Assembly: GCA_030390025.1 (NCBI GenBank)
Contig: CM059432.1
Span: 53,136,001-53,200,000 of the forward strand
DNA from: Squalus acanthias
Lineage: Eukaryota
Reading direction: 5' to 3'
DNA: 64,000 nt
Positions within the stretch are counted from its first letter, which is position 1. Each line of letters starts with the position of its first letter. The position numbers were made by a program, and so were the translations under genes. The notes under the pieces are model-generated. The model saw only the letters and a list, made by a program, of their open reading frames with translations, did not search any database and had not been told where the DNA came from. This document shows, in pieces, positions 14,195-27,305 of the stretch.

Positions 14195-14493
14195 GAGCGG
14201 AAAAATTGTGTGGCGCCCCCTTTGGGGTGCTAACGTTGCCGGGGTGCTACTGGAAGCGCTGCCCCTCCTTCTTGGGGCTCTACCAGTGAATTTCGCAGTG
14301 CTACGTGCAACAGCGCCACATGCATCGGCACGTAGTGTCGCGTCATTGCAGGCCTCCCTCCCCTGATTAAAGGAGAGGGGCCTAGCGTTGCTCGCACCCC
14401 GGGGCCCTGCTGGACCACTGAGGAGCGGGGTGCCGGGAAAACAACTCAAGAGGAGGCGCTAACGGGAGGCGCAAAGCAACCCAATTTTTCCCC
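14195..14493. mobile_element. Harbinger-type MITE (degraded)
   Basis: Right end GGCGCTAACGGGAGGCGCAAAGCAACCCAATTTTTCCCC matches the termini of the autonomous Harbingers in this window. Confidence 0.55.
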
Positions 14494-14591
14494 AAAAAAG
14501 TTTGAGGGAAGTTTGCTCTGGTACTTATGCACATTTGCTAATTTTGATGAACTCTTTTGTCGAACAGGGCTGCATTGTGAGTTGAAATAAA

Positions 14592-15357
14592 GGGCCAGAA
14601 ATTCGGCTCTCCAGCTTCCTGCGGGTGCAAGGATCGCGCGCGTACTTACCTAGCGCGCCTGCCGTTGTGCTTCGGGCCCGCGAGGAATTCGGCTCCTGGG
14701 CCTCCTGCAGCTGCCGGCGCGCAGTGCTTGCGTATCCCAGGGGCGCAGTTAGTTCGAAGCATCCCCTGGGATCACGTGGGCCATGGAGAGCCAATCGGAG
14801 CAGGGAATCTCCATTCATTGATTTTTGACAGGAAGACCTGTCAAATCTATGAATAGAGATCACCCCCCAAATCCTAACTAAAACTTCAAATAAATTAAAA
14901 AACACATCACATTTTTAAAATAACTATAAATTACATAAATTAACTACTTTAAACAAAAATTTTAATTTTTGAAAAAATTAATTACACTTTTTAACGGTGC
15001 TAAAAATAAACTTACCTTTCTTTAAAGTATGTAAAAAAGATAAACCTGTTGAAAAAATGTTTAAATTGTACTTAATTCACCACTTACCTTGTTAAAAGCA
15101 GGCCTTGCGCCTCCTTTTTTCCTGCGCAGCCTCTCCGTACTTACCCTCACGGAGAAACCTGAAAAAAAAAACGAAGTTCGCTGCGTGCGCGCTGCCTCTC
15201 CGGCGCACGCGGTTGACCCTCGAACCCCTTCTTTCACGAGACCGGAAGTTCCGGTTTCCCGTGCATGCGCAGTGCATGCGCGAAACCGGCACTTCCGGTG
15301 GCCCTACGGGTGAGTACGCAGCGCGTATTCACCCGTGGAGACCCGAATTTCTGCCCC
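14592..15357. mobile_element. MITE with ~22-bp TIR
   Basis: GGGCCAGAAATTCGGCTCTCCA ... TGGAGACCCGAATTTCTGCCCC; GC-rich arms around an AT-rich core. Confidence 0.75.
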
Positions 15358-15846
15358 AATTTAAGCCTAGGGAATGTGTTGCTGCCACCATCTCTTTCTG
15401 CACTGTTGGGGTCCAGTTGACTCCTCTTATACATGGTCTATTTGGAGGAAAAGGAGCAGAATGAACAGGAGGTTATTTTAGGTGCCAAGAAGATGACTCA
15501 TCATAGAAGGAGGAAGGCACCGACCCGGCTTTGCCCAGCACGATGCAATTATCGGCCCTGCAGGAATTTTCCAGACCTGGCAGAGGAGCAGCAATTATGA
15601 AGACTTTGATTTTCCCAGGGACTGATTCAAAGAGCTCTGCAGGAGGTCCTGCAGTCATGCTCCAGGGCAGGTGTGGTCCTGCCATTGGCAGTCAAGATAA
15701 TGACTGCCTTAATTTTTTTTTGCTATGGGGTATGTCAGTCAGCAGTTCATCGCGGCATTCAAGTCACTAGTGCCTTTTTCAGGAAAATCAGCCTTTATAT
15801 CATGTCTTGTGTTCAGAATGCATCCTGCTTTTAAAAGCTAGGGCTA

Positions 15847-16553
15847 GGGGGAGAAATTCCCCTTGAGGGCCGTTTGGGGCGCTAAGTGAAAAATGTTTGG
15901 AAAGCTAGCGCCAGGGCGCTAACCTTTTCAAACATTTGTTAAATTCCCTCATTTTGCTCCAAGAGGGAAGTGGAGCGCTAAATAAAGCACTCCACTTGCC
16001 TCTTGGAACGCAAGAGGCGGAGAATGTCCTGATCCGGGGCGATGTGCTCAGCAGTGTCACGTGTGGCCACGTGTGGTGCTGCCGCATTGCAGTGGCTCTT
16101 CCCTCTGCAGGTTTCATTGTAGATTTCTGGACCACCGGGGGGCGGGAGTGCTGGGCTGAGTGATCGTGGCACGGACGCCGCAACCAGTGACCGAAAATAA
16201 ATCTAAAAGAAAATCGGCACTTTTTTTTGGCCGGCCGCCCACCACGCCTTTAAGTTGTGCCCCGCGAGCGGCTGGCCTCACTGTTCGCGACCCCTGCAGC
16301 AGTCGGTAACATCGCCCGGCGCTGCGGTGGGGCGCGAGGGGGAATTTTTCACCCGTGGCGCTGTGCCTGGAGATGACGTCATGATCTCCGGGTGCAGAAA
16401 ATTGCGTCACTACCCAGTAGCGCCGCCGCTAACCTCCCGCGCAATTTCATGGGAGGCGTGGTTATTGCCTCGGGGGGGGGGGGGCGCGCAAAGCCATTCA
16501 TGCCCCGTTAGCGCCTCCCACCGGAGGCGCAAACGAGGGGAATTTCGCCGCCT
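15847..16553. mobile_element. Harbinger-type MITE
   Basis: TIR GGGGGAGAAATTCCCC / GGGGAATTTCGCCGCC with CTAG context at both ends (3-bp TSD). Subterminal GGCGCTAA motifs. Confidence 0.8.
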
Positions 16554-17049
16554 AGGAGCCTTGTCCTCACCTGATGTGAAGGGAGGTGACCTCATCATTA
16601 GCAAAGGGGCTTCCTACTCCTCTTTTGTCACCTCCATCTGCTCCTGCTCACTTGCAATTTGTACATCATCATACATGCTGCCCTCCAGCTGACTTTCTAA
16701 ATCTCCCAGGATGGATGACTTTGTGCTGGTACTTGGCGAGTGAGATGCAATGATGTGATGCCAGAAGAGGGTGACTGCTACAGAGAGGGCCTCGCTTCAG
16801 CATCTTGTGCCATTCCTGCAAAGACATAAAGAGGCAACTGTTAGGAGAAGGAACTCAGACCTTATTCGTACTAAGCTGCCCTGGGCAATGGGGTGGCATG
16901 GTCCTGCAGATCTTGAGTGTCATTGCTGGTGGGAGGATGTAGGATGGATTGTTGGATGGATCCAAAGGTTGGATCCTTGTCATACCAACCCTTCACTGCT
17001 TCAAGGCTTTATGCTTCCCATCTGCACAGTTCTGGTCTCTATACTATAA

Positions 17050-18010
17050 AAAGGACATAAAAGCACTGGAGAAAGTGCAAAAAAGATTTACAAGATGGTA
17101 CCAGAACTGAGAGATTACAGCTATCAGGAAAGATTGAACAGGTTGGGTCTTTTTTCTTTAGAAAAGAGAAGACGTCGAGGTCACCTGATAGAGGTCTTTA
17201 AAATTATGAATGGGCTGGACAGGGTAGATGTGGAAAGAATGTTTCCACTTGTGGGAGAATAAAAAATATGGGCCATAAATACAAAAATTACTAATAAATC
17301 CAATAGGGAAATAAGGAGAAATTTCATTACTCAGAGAATGGTTAGAATGTGGAACTCGCTACCACAGGAAGTGGTTGAGGCAAATAGCTTAGATGCTTTC
17401 AAAAGGAAACTAGACAAGTACATGAGAGAAAAGGGAATTGAGTAGACTAGGCCTATATTCTCTAGAGTTTAGAAGAATGAGAGGTGATCTCATTGAAACA
17501 TACAAAATTCTTACAGGACTTGACAAGGTAGATGCAGGGAGGATGTTTCCCCTGGCTGGGGAGTCTAGACCCAGGGGTCACAGTCTCAGAATAAGGGGTC
17601 GGCCATTTAGGACTGAGATGAGGAGAAATTTCTTCACTCAGAGGGTGGTGAATCTTTGGAATTCTTTACCCCAGAGGGTTGTGGAGGCTCATTCGTTGAG
17701 TATATTCAAGACAGAGATCGATAGTTTTTTGGATATTAAGGGAATCAAGGGATATGGGGATAGTGCAGGAAAGTGGAGATAAGGTAGAAGATCAGCCATG
17801 ATCTTATTGAATGGCGGAGCGGGCTCGAAGGGCCAAATGGCCTACTCCTGCTCCTATTTCTTATGTTCTTATGAATAGAAAGATATGCTGAAAGGCTGAG
17901 ATGAGGTAGATGGAATGGGAGGAGGCTTGTGTGGAGTATAAACAGCAGCACAGACTAGTTGGGCAGAATAGCCTGTTTCAGTGCCGTATATTCTATGTAA
18001 TTCTATGAAA
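17050..18010 (+). mobile_element. Two nested CR1 3' fragments
   Basis: CR1 ORF2 C-terminus (RRMRGDLIETYKIL...RVVNLWNSLP). An inner copy at about 17439-17871 ends in (TTCTTATG)n. The outer copy ends in TTCTATGTAATTCTATG. Confidence 0.85.
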
Positions 18011-19534
18011 TCTCCAGCCATTTCCTGCAATTCCTGATCCTGAATTTGCAGGGCTTCCTACTTAAATGGAATAATGTCTCAGATTGGAGTTTGGCACCAG
18101 ACATTTCTCTTTTGTTTTGCAATGTCTTCTAAAAAAAAGAAGCAGGGTTAGAAGAGGTGATAATGTGTGGGTGGAATCTGCCTAACCCATGTGTGAAGGT
18201 ATCTCAATAGGATAATAAAGACAGAGATGTGCAGCATGCAGATGGTGGGAATGGCAAGCTTGTCATTGGGGTTGTGCTGGGCATGCATGTGCTGAAACAA
18301 GGTATACAGGACAAGGGAAGTAATGAAAATAGATCAGGGAGAGGAGGGACAACTGTGGGAAGGAGAGATTGTGAAGGAAGGCATGGATAGGAGATCAGAG
18401 ATCACGTTTCTGTTAATTGGTTGTAGAGCATAGAGAAGAGGTGCCCATGCATCTGCCTACCTTTCCACTCCAGGTGAGGTCATCACAATTTGTTTGCTGC
18501 ACTACAATCAGTTCCTCTGCCAAAGATTGCTGTCCTAATCACTCTCCAGAACATTCAGTAAAGTTCTCCAACAATGTCTTCCTCTGCATGATATTGTTTC
18601 AGGTATACTGCTGTGCTGCTCCTGCCACTTCTTTTATAATGGCTCTATTTCCTGATGTCAGGTGAGGGTGCTAATCGAAGGAAATTGTTGGCTGGCCTGG
18701 TTATGCCCACCCACCCATATTTACATGCAGTGGGACAGGCTCAGGGCGGATGGCAATCATGAATGTCAGTGGTCATTTGTTGGGGTCAGATTGCGGTGTT
18801 AAGACACACCGCTCTATTTTTCTCTTTTTATTACCCTAAAAATCGCCTACGGATGGGTATTTTGGAGAAGGAAAATCCAGCCTGCTATTTCTCACTTTTT
18901 CTGTGCCTCTTTGTAATATCATGGTATAATTTTGACTTTCTCTGTGCTCCTTTTGAAACTCTCATATCCAGCTTGGCACCTTCTTTGTCTCTTTTCTCCT
19001 ATGATGTTTACATTTACATACAATGAATATGTTGATGTATTTCCCACATCTCTACTGTGTTAAAAAATAAACATTCATTGTCAAATGTTTTTGCTTGGAT
19101 TCTACTCAAACTGATTGCTATATTGCAATATTCTATAGTAATATTTAAAATGTATGCAAATCCTTTAATATGCTGTGGTTGCCACATCTTCCATAACCGA
19201 TCATGGAACTTAAAAAGCCAACTTCTGTCAGGTAGCTTGAAGGTTTAAGGGCAATTTTTTTCCCCTTTTTCTATGAAAATGAATGTTTAAGCATAGTGCA
19301 AATATATTAAATTTAAAGTATGGTTTGAAGCAGTCACTGAATATAAATCATACAATAAGTGTTCACACGTTTCTCGCTTTTCCTGTGCCTTATGTTTCTT
19401 TCACTTTACATCCAACCGCCCCAGAACTTGCAAAAACAATTTACAATTGAAGTAATATTAATGTGTCTGACAGTAAAATATTGAGGAGAGAGAATGAATT
19501 TCTGACTGCGAGCCTGGGATTCAAAATCAGTCAT

Positions 19535-19860
19535 GGGCGAAGAGGTACAGAATATAAAAGCCAAAGGGTAATGATGAGCCCATACAAAACATTAATAAGA
19601 CCTCAGTTAGAGTGCAGTATTGGGCTCCACACTATAGGAAGGATATTGAGATTTCAGTGAGGGTACAATGTAGATTTACTAGGATGCTGTCTGGTATGAG
19701 GAAGACTTGAAAAATTGGGTCTTTTTTCATTAGGAGAATGCAGATTATGGGGCGATACGATAGAAGTGTTTCAAATTATGAAACGATGGGATAGGGTAGA
19801 GAGACGCAGACTGTTTCCAGCAGTTAAGGGGTCAAGAATGAGGAGCCATAGATACAAGAG
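19535..19860 (+). mobile_element. CR1 fragment
   Basis: Degraded ORF2 C-terminus (YKTLIRPQLE; LFSL...LWGDTIEVFQIMK). Confidence 0.7.
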
Positions 19861-20158
19861 TTCATTTCTGTGTATGCTTTTATTGGAAATGTACTCAGGA
19901 CCTAAATTTATAGACCCTTTGACACTCCAGTCTGGGCATGTCAGAAAAGATCTATTTTTGCTGCTTCCACTTCACTAGAGAGGTTGTATTGAAGTTTTGC
20001 TATCTGCTCAGGCTGACATGCAGACAATCTCTATCACAGGGACTCGACATTCGATCGTGCCCAAAAACGGGAGCACAGTGGGGCGGGGCGCACGCTGCAC
20101 GCACCTGTTCATGTGGATGCAGAGATCACAGGAAATTTGTGATGGCAGCTTATCATCA

Positions 20159-20319
20159 TTGTGAATTCTGGGAGATTCTCTCACAGCTACCTTACCTGAA
20201 GAAGGAGCGAACAGCTCCGAAAGCTTGTAAAATTAAATAAATCTGTTGGACTATAACCTGGGTGTTGTGCGACTTCTGATTTTTGTCCACCCCAGTCCAA
20301 CGCCGGCATCTCCACATCA
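20159..20319 (+). mobile_element. Solo 161-bp pLTR fragment of PLE family A
   Basis: Near-identical to 37208-37327 plus the 3' tail. Flanked by an 8-bp duplication TATCATCA (20151-58 / 20320-27). Confidence 0.9.
20192..20230 (+). ncRNA. Minimal type I hammerhead ribozyme (PLE family A)
   Basis: TTAC-CTGAAGA-A-GGAGC gaaca GCTCC-GAAAGCTT-GTAA. Confidence 0.85.
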
Positions 20320-22019
20320 TATCATCACGAGACAGCTGAGCAGCCAATGCTACTCGTGCTGCTTATTGGCTGCGCACCTGTTTGCGAGGGGGTGGGGGGT
20401 GGGGTGGGGGGGATATTGGGCGTCATTGATGCCACTTAAAGGCAACCTGCACCCCTTAAAGGGGAAGCGCACTGTGGCTGCAGGCTGCAGGAAAGGCTTG
20501 AAACTGAGTGACATGTCTGGAAGAGCTGCGGATAGGTCCCTCCGATTCTCAACTGCAGCAAGCACATTCTCAAAATAGCTCACAAGGCTACTGCTAACAC
20601 ACTCCCTTCATTCTTGCAGAAGGTGCCACTTAATTTGAGAGAGCAGACAGGAGGAGGGAAAAGCCGCCTACACATCATGTCGCCACTGGAGGAGCAGGTC
20701 CTGGAGATGACGGGCATGGGACGAGTCATGGCTGTAGCTAGTGACAATGCTGGAGGAGAGGTCCTGCATGGTTTCTTCACACCTTACCCTCTTTTTCCTT
20801 TTATACTTCGCTCACCCTGCACACTCTGCATGACAAACTGAAGCTGCTAACCCTTGACACTAAAAAGCTAACCTTTGTCCTCCTCTTTCTTCTCAGGTGC
20901 AGACAATGTAGAGGTTCCCTGTACAGTTGAGAAAGAGGAGGCCAGCCTTCCTGAAAATGTAACCTCACTCAATCTGACCATAGCAAGCATCAGTGCAGAG
21001 ACTGGCACCAAGCATTCTTCAGAGAGTAGGTAAGAGCATGGTCACCGGCCCCAATTGTGCAGGAGCTAGGGCAGGGGGATGAGATGGCACAGGATCCAGC
21101 TCACTGGAGGGCGAGATCACATCCTAGCCTTGCTTCAGAAGACTCAGATGTTGACTGTGAAGACCTAGACTATTGAAGAAGGCTAGTGGCGATACACCAG
21201 GTAATGCTAGATGCACTGTCATCCTGCCAGCGAGCTTGCATGCAATGTCACAGAGCATGAGGAGTCCAGTCAGAAATTACAAAAAATTCTTCCCAGAACT
21301 CACAATTCAGTTGCCCAATGGAGAAAATAGCCAAAAAAAAGGCCAAAAAATTGACCAGCACCCTAAATGGAGACACCAGCAACTAACCTGTATTGAGGGG
21401 ATGAGGCCTGTAAATAGCATTCCCATAGTGTCCTTTTAGATCATTAGTGGCAAGATTTGCTGGGCAAGTTTATCATGTGGTGACTCAGACACTAGGCAGA
21501 CCAATTTCACAAAAAGTGTCCTACAACTAGCGTAAGACTCTTATTTAAATATTATAATGAAGTTTCTGCATGCTTCCTGTGTGTACCCTGCGTCTACGGG
21601 GTGGCTAATCGAAAATGTCAGGCGGCGCACTTGTAGTGTGCATTGCCTGCAATATTGAACCCCTAGCTGCCCATTTCATGACTGAGAAACGGGCACAGCG
21701 CGATCGAATTTCTAGGTCAGTGAATGTTGCTACACCATTAAACTTTTATGCTACTGGATCCTTCCAAACTACTGCAAAGGATATCTTCTTGATCCACCAG
21801 TCTGTAGTCCATAGATGTATCAAGAAAGTAACAGATGCTATGTTTGCAAGGGACAAAACCGTCATCTCTTGGCTGTGGAAAGGTAGCATCAGCCAAGCAG
21901 AACACAGAACTTTACTGGGTGGCAGGGTTTCTAAGAGCCAGGGCATATAGGTACCACCATTGCAGCTATCAGGGCTTCACACATCAACCACACTACCTGT
22001 ATGAACAGAAAGGGCTTCC

Positions 22020-23413
22020 TTCTTCTACTTCTTCTTCTTCTTCTTAGGCAGTCCCTCAGAACCGAGGATGACTTGCTTCCATGCTAAAAATGAGTTCTCA
22101 GGTGACTGATGAGTCCAATGCGGGACCTACAGTCTCTGTCACAGGTGGGGCAGACGGTGGTTGAAGGGGCAGGTGGGTGGGGTGCTTGGGTTGACGTGCG
22201 CTCCTTCCGCTGTTTGTGCTTGGCTTCCGCTTGCTCCCGGCAAAGAGACTTGAGGTGTTCGGCGCCTTCCCGGATGCTTCTCCTCCACTTTGTGCAGTCT
22301 TGGGCCAGGGATTCCCAGGTGTCAGAGGGGATGTTGCACTTTTTCAAGGAGGCTTTGAGGGTGTCCTTGAAGTGATTCCTCTGCCCACCTGGGGCTCTCC
22401 TGCCATGTCGGAGCTCCGAGTAGAGCGCTTGTTTTGGGAGCCTCGTATCGGGCATGCGGACGAAGTGGCCCGTCCATCGGAGCTGATCGAGCGTGGTCAA
22501 AGCTTCGATGCTGGGTATGTTGGCCTGAGCGAGAACACTGACGTTGGTGCGCCTATCCTGCCAATGGATTTGCAGGATCTTGCAGAGGCAGCGTTGGTGG
22601 TACCTCTCCAATGCTTTGAGGTGCCTGCTGTACATGGTCCATGTCTCTGAAGCATACAGGAGGGCAGGAATCACTACTGCTCTGTAGACCATGAGCTTGG
22701 TGCTGGGTTTGAGGTCCTGGTCTTCAAACACTCTCTTCCTCAGGTGACCGAAGGCTGCACTGGCACACTGAAGGCGGTATTGGACTTCATCATCGACATC
22801 TGCCCTTGTTGACAGGAGGCTCCCGAGGTATGGAAAGTGGTCAACGTTGTCCAAGACCTCGTCATGGATTTTGATAATCGGGGGGCAGTACTGTGTGGCG
22901 GGGGCAGGTTGGTAGAGGACCTTTGTCTTATGAATGTTTAGTGTAAGGCCCATGCTCTTGTACGCTTCAGTGAAGTTGTTGACGATAGTTTGGAATTCGA
23001 CCTCCAAGTGTGCGCAGACGCAAGCGTCGTCTGCATACTGTAATTCGATGACAGAGGATGGGACGACCTTGGATCTGGACTGGAGGATACGGAGGTTGAA
23101 CAGTTTCCCGTTTGTTCTGTAAATTAGCTCCACTCCAGCGGGGAGCTTACTGAGGGTTAGATGGGGCACTGCAGTAAGGGAGATCGAGAAGAGCGTTGGT
23201 GCGATGACACAGCCTTGCTTGACCCTGGTCCGTACGTGAATTGGGTCTGTGGTGGATCCATTGGTCAGGATCACGGCTTGCATGTCATCGTGAAGCATGC
23301 GGAGGATGGTGACAAACTTTTGGGAGCAGCCGAATTTGAGGAGGACACTCCATAATCCCTCACGGTTGACGGTGTCGAAGGCCTTTGTGAGGTCAAAGAA
23401 GGCCATGTACAGC
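22020..23413 (-). mobile_element. 5'-truncated RTE LINE
   Basis: Uninterrupted ~440-codon RT C-terminal ORF (DLTKAFD, KQGCVIAP, YADD, C-terminal CPTC...HLRTH finger). (GAA)n 3' tail. GCTTCC duplicated at 22014-19 / 23414-19. Confidence 0.92.
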
Positions 23414-26197
23414 GCTTCCATTCAATTGCTGTCTGACCACAGAAACATCATAACACAGGTAATTGTCCATTCTCCCAGAATGCCTTTATTATGTGGCAAT
23501 CCACACATTATTTGAAGGCTCAAGTAGGCAGAATAGAAAACTGCTCAGAGATCAGGGCTACCCTCTACAGCTATAGCAAATGATGGCACTGAGAAGATCC
23601 TGAACAATAACAGTGTACATCTGTCAACTAAAATTATAGGAAATCATTAGGATACTTAAGCAAAGATTCTGTTGATTGCACTGTTCAAATGGAGTGCCCC
23701 ATTACAACCCAGCAAAGGTGTCCAAAATAATTGTGCTTGTTGCACAAATTCACAATACAAAGAAAAACAAGACGAAGAGGATGCCAATAGTGCTACAGCA
23801 GAGAGGGTGAGGAGGAAGAAAGGGAGGATGCAGAGGTGCTGTCAGGAAGATTGATAGGCAAGCAGTTCAACAACAAAGTTGCTACATTGCGCTTGGTACA
23901 CTGCAATATGTAAATCCATCATACATTGCTGCTGAGAGGTTAGAAGTGCGCTGCTGCATATTCTCCTATAACCCTTGCAGAATGTTCAGCACAGCCTCAG
24001 AAGATGTCATGAAGACTTTTACACAGTGGTTATTTGTATTCTGAAGGCAGATCCAGTAGGGTCTTAGTCCCTTGCCCCTGCAGCAGAGGGACATCTGAGG
24101 CTGCTGCTTGCTATTCTTCCACTGCCATCTTGCTCCTTCTCACTTGTGAGGGTTCAAATTTGTTATGAAAATGTTGTGGCATGTGTGGATGTGTGGTGGT
24201 GCTTGCAGGAGGTGGAGTGTGTGGCACAGGCTTCTGTGCAGAGGTCGGGTCCTAGTTTCTATCAGTGGCTGCTCTGTCATCTTGGGACGACCCTATAGAA
24301 AGGTAAAAAGATGGGTGTGGGGGGGGGGGGGGTGAAATTAGATTTGGCATGAAAATGAGCGTGGGGATTGCGATGCACGATTTGGCCGTGCCCGTTGAAA
24401 GTGGTGCAGGCAGCACTCAAAATTCGTGCTGCCTGCTCATTATAATGATTGGAGCGCTGAGCTCAGCGCAAAATGTGCTGCTGGTTGGATCACCCAAGCA
24501 CATTGCAACACACTCACTAACACACTTCATCTTCTCTTGCAGGCCAAGGTGGCTCACAACCGTTGTGAGCAGCAGCAGCGGTGCTGCATGTCAGCACAAC
24601 CTTACTGTGCTAGAGGAGACTGTGCTTGAGATAGGGGCCATCACTGAGGCCGTGGCGAGCAGCGAGGTTGAAAGAATTGATGATGACAGTATGCTCATAT
24701 CTAATCCTTCTTCTCACATCCCACTTTCCCCTCATCGCATAATCTCTTCTCACTTACAAGCTGCTGATGGTGTAAGCATGTACATCTTGCTTTCCCCCCC
24801 CCATCTCCCCTCACCACAACCTGATCCTTGTGCCTTTCTCCTTTCAGATACCCAAGAACTGCCAGCAGCCCAGCCTGTCAACGATCTAGTAGAGGAGGAG
24901 AGTGAGGGAGAAGTAGAGGCACCATCATTCAATCTGACACTCCCAGGCACCAGCTCAGAAAATGGCACTGTGTGGTGTGAACGTTAGACGGTAGTATAGA
25001 GGCAGGATCTGCACGTAGTGAGTCACCTGGCACAAATGGACTGCAGCCAGGCCAGAGGGAAAGGCTAGCTCAGGTGCCACCTCCCCGGAGGGCGAGTTTG
25101 CATACGAATTCTGCTGCACAGGACTCAGATGAGGACTTTGATGGGGCGGCCTTCAGAAGAAGGGTGGTGGGCATGCACACAGAAATGCTTGGTGCAATGG
25201 CAAGTCTGCCAGAGAGCCTCTTGTCAGTGTCAAGGAGCATGGAGGAGTCTGGCTCCAATATTGCACAGAGCTTTGCGCAGAGCTTGGAGCCCATGATTTC
25301 CAGGATGGAAGTGATGGGCAACTCTATTAGAGCAGTTGTGAACCCAACCATGATGCAGGATGTGATGGACGATGTCTCAGCTTCCATTGCAGCACAAGCG
25401 GAAGTGACCCAATGTCTGAGTGCTGCAGTGGAAGCTCAGACTTCTGTCAGGTAGGCCCAGCTTGCTGCTACACAAGCTCAGACCCCTCTCATGCAGTCTG
25501 AACTTGGGTTTACAAGTGTGGAAAGGGGCTTGCAGGGTCTCACAGCAGACCAGCAATCTGTCCTCCAACAGATAGCTAGGAATCCTGAGGCACCGCACCG
25601 GGGGAGTGTCAGTGGCTCCATGGAGCAAGAACCTGCTGTCCTCTCTCAGGATGACAGCATTCATACTCCCACCGCTACCACTCTGCCAGTGTCCTTGCTG
25701 GTGCCTGTCAGCCAGCCAGCCCTGACTGCTGCCAGCCATTCCTAGGGGAGCAGTCTACAGCCGGGCCTTCTAGGCCCAGAGCTGGTCGAGGTTGTCCTGC
25801 AAGGCCATTTGCAGTGACCCCATGGAATATCAGCAGCCATGCCGCAGCCACTGGGGTAGCACTGCCTAGGAGCACTAGAATAGGCACAGGAACACGAAAG
25901 ACAGATACTAAGGAAATGCACAAGGGTGATTAGTTGACTTTGTTATGAAAAATTCAAAATAATCGTTTATAAATTATGTTTGGAATGTTTGTTTTGCGGT
26001 GGCTTTCATTTCAACTTCGTGCCCAAGAGGATGTTGTGATGTTCCGTGACAGAGGGATGGTAAGCTGGGGAAGTGTTGAGCAATGGGGATCTGGGGTTTC
26101 ATTCACTGGAACGGAGTCTGATCATGTATTCATGGACAGCTGCTCCTCTTTCTCCTCCTCCTCCTCCTGAGGTGGTGGCAGAACCTGTGTTGGCAAG

Positions 26198-26370
26198 CAA
26201 TGTTCCCTGTAAGCAGCGCTTTATTCACCGCGGCCTGTTTCTTAATGCCTGGTCCCTTTAAATTTCTGCGCATGCGTGGTATTTACAATGTAAATGTCGG
26301 TGAGTGGCCTGCGCGGGACCTTGCAGATTACTGCACGGCTGGGTGCGTATGCAGCTTAGGGGAAACATTG
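26198..26370. mobile_element. 173-bp hAT-like MITE
   Basis: TIR CAATGTTCCCTGTAAGC / GCTTAGGGGAAACATTG; 8-bp TSD TTGGCAAG / GTGGCAAG (7/8). Confidence 0.75.
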
Positions 26371-26379
26371 GTGGCAAGG

Positions 26380-27305
26380 GCTATACCCTCATGATGGCCA
26401 AATTGTGGAGGATGCAGCAGACTACCATGAAATGGGACACCCGCTCCGGCGAGTACTGGAGGGCTCCTCCCGAGCAGTCAAGGCAGCAGAACCATTGCTT
26501 CAGCAGCTCGATGGGCTGCTCGATGAGGTTCCTCATGGCAGCATGGCTGTCATTATATGACTGCTGGCCACGAGTGGTGGGTTGCAGAGGGGGTCATCAG
26601 CCAGGTACAGAGTGGATAGCCCTTGTCTCCGAGCAACCACCCTTGGGTTTGATGTGGTGGCTGGAAGATTGCTGGCACAGCAGACTGGCGCAGGATGAAG
26701 GCATCATGACTGCTGCCAGGATACCCGGCATTCACCATGATGTGCTGGCTGTGGTCACACACCAAATGCACATTAAGAGAGTGGTAGCCTTTGTGGTTGC
26801 GGTACATCTCAGCTATCCTGGCAAAGCCACATGTGTGCTCCTCCTGCTTCTCTCTGTTCAGAGAGAAGACAATGAAGTCCCTTCTCCTGGTGTACAGAGC
26901 CGCTGTGACCTCCCAGATGCAACGGTGGACGGGGAACTGGGAGGTGTTAGCTAAGTCGCCTGATCCAGAGTAGAAGGATCCGATGGTGATAAAATTCAGA
27001 GCCACACTCAACTTGAAGGCCACTGGAAATGCCGTCATGGCCCTGCTCTGAGGCTGCAGGTCTGGTTCCAAGAGGTTGCAGAGTTCTGTGACCACTTCCT
27101 TGCTGAAGCGGAGCCTCTGAATACACTGCTCCACAGGTGGAAGAAGTGCTTTCGGACGACCCTAGGTGGGTAAGGCCAACTACTGAGAGCCTTCCTGCCC
27201 CTCCTCCTCCTCCCTCTGTGAGCAATTTGTCCTCTTCTTTGCTGCCTCTGCTCCATCTCCCTGTCAAGCTGCAGCACGAGGGGGACTGCAAATAGAGCCC
27301 CCATG
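26380..27305 (-). pseudogene. Harbinger (HARBI1-like) DDE transposase pseudogene
   Basis: Homologous to 51052-52212, with an internal deletion of the IDCTH region and frameshifts. Confidence 0.8.

Larger units (their letters stand above)
15480..18850. mobile_element. Highly degraded Harbinger remnant (transposase-like + strand about 15500-15780; Myb-like - strand about 16560-18650), split by a MITE and CR1s
   Basis: Remnant LPLAVKIMTALNFFA-like transposase segment, plus minus-strand segments resembling the Myb gene of other Harbingers here. Confidence 0.4.
20040..23900 (+). mobile_element. Degraded Harbinger (Myb and transposase remnants), hosting PLE and RTE insertions
   Basis: Myb exon-2-like EQTGGGKSRLHIMSPLEEQVLEM at about 20640. 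Transposase-like LNFYATGSFQ...VHRCIKKVTDA at about 21740. The KGFHS motif is split by the RTE. Confidence 0.6.
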
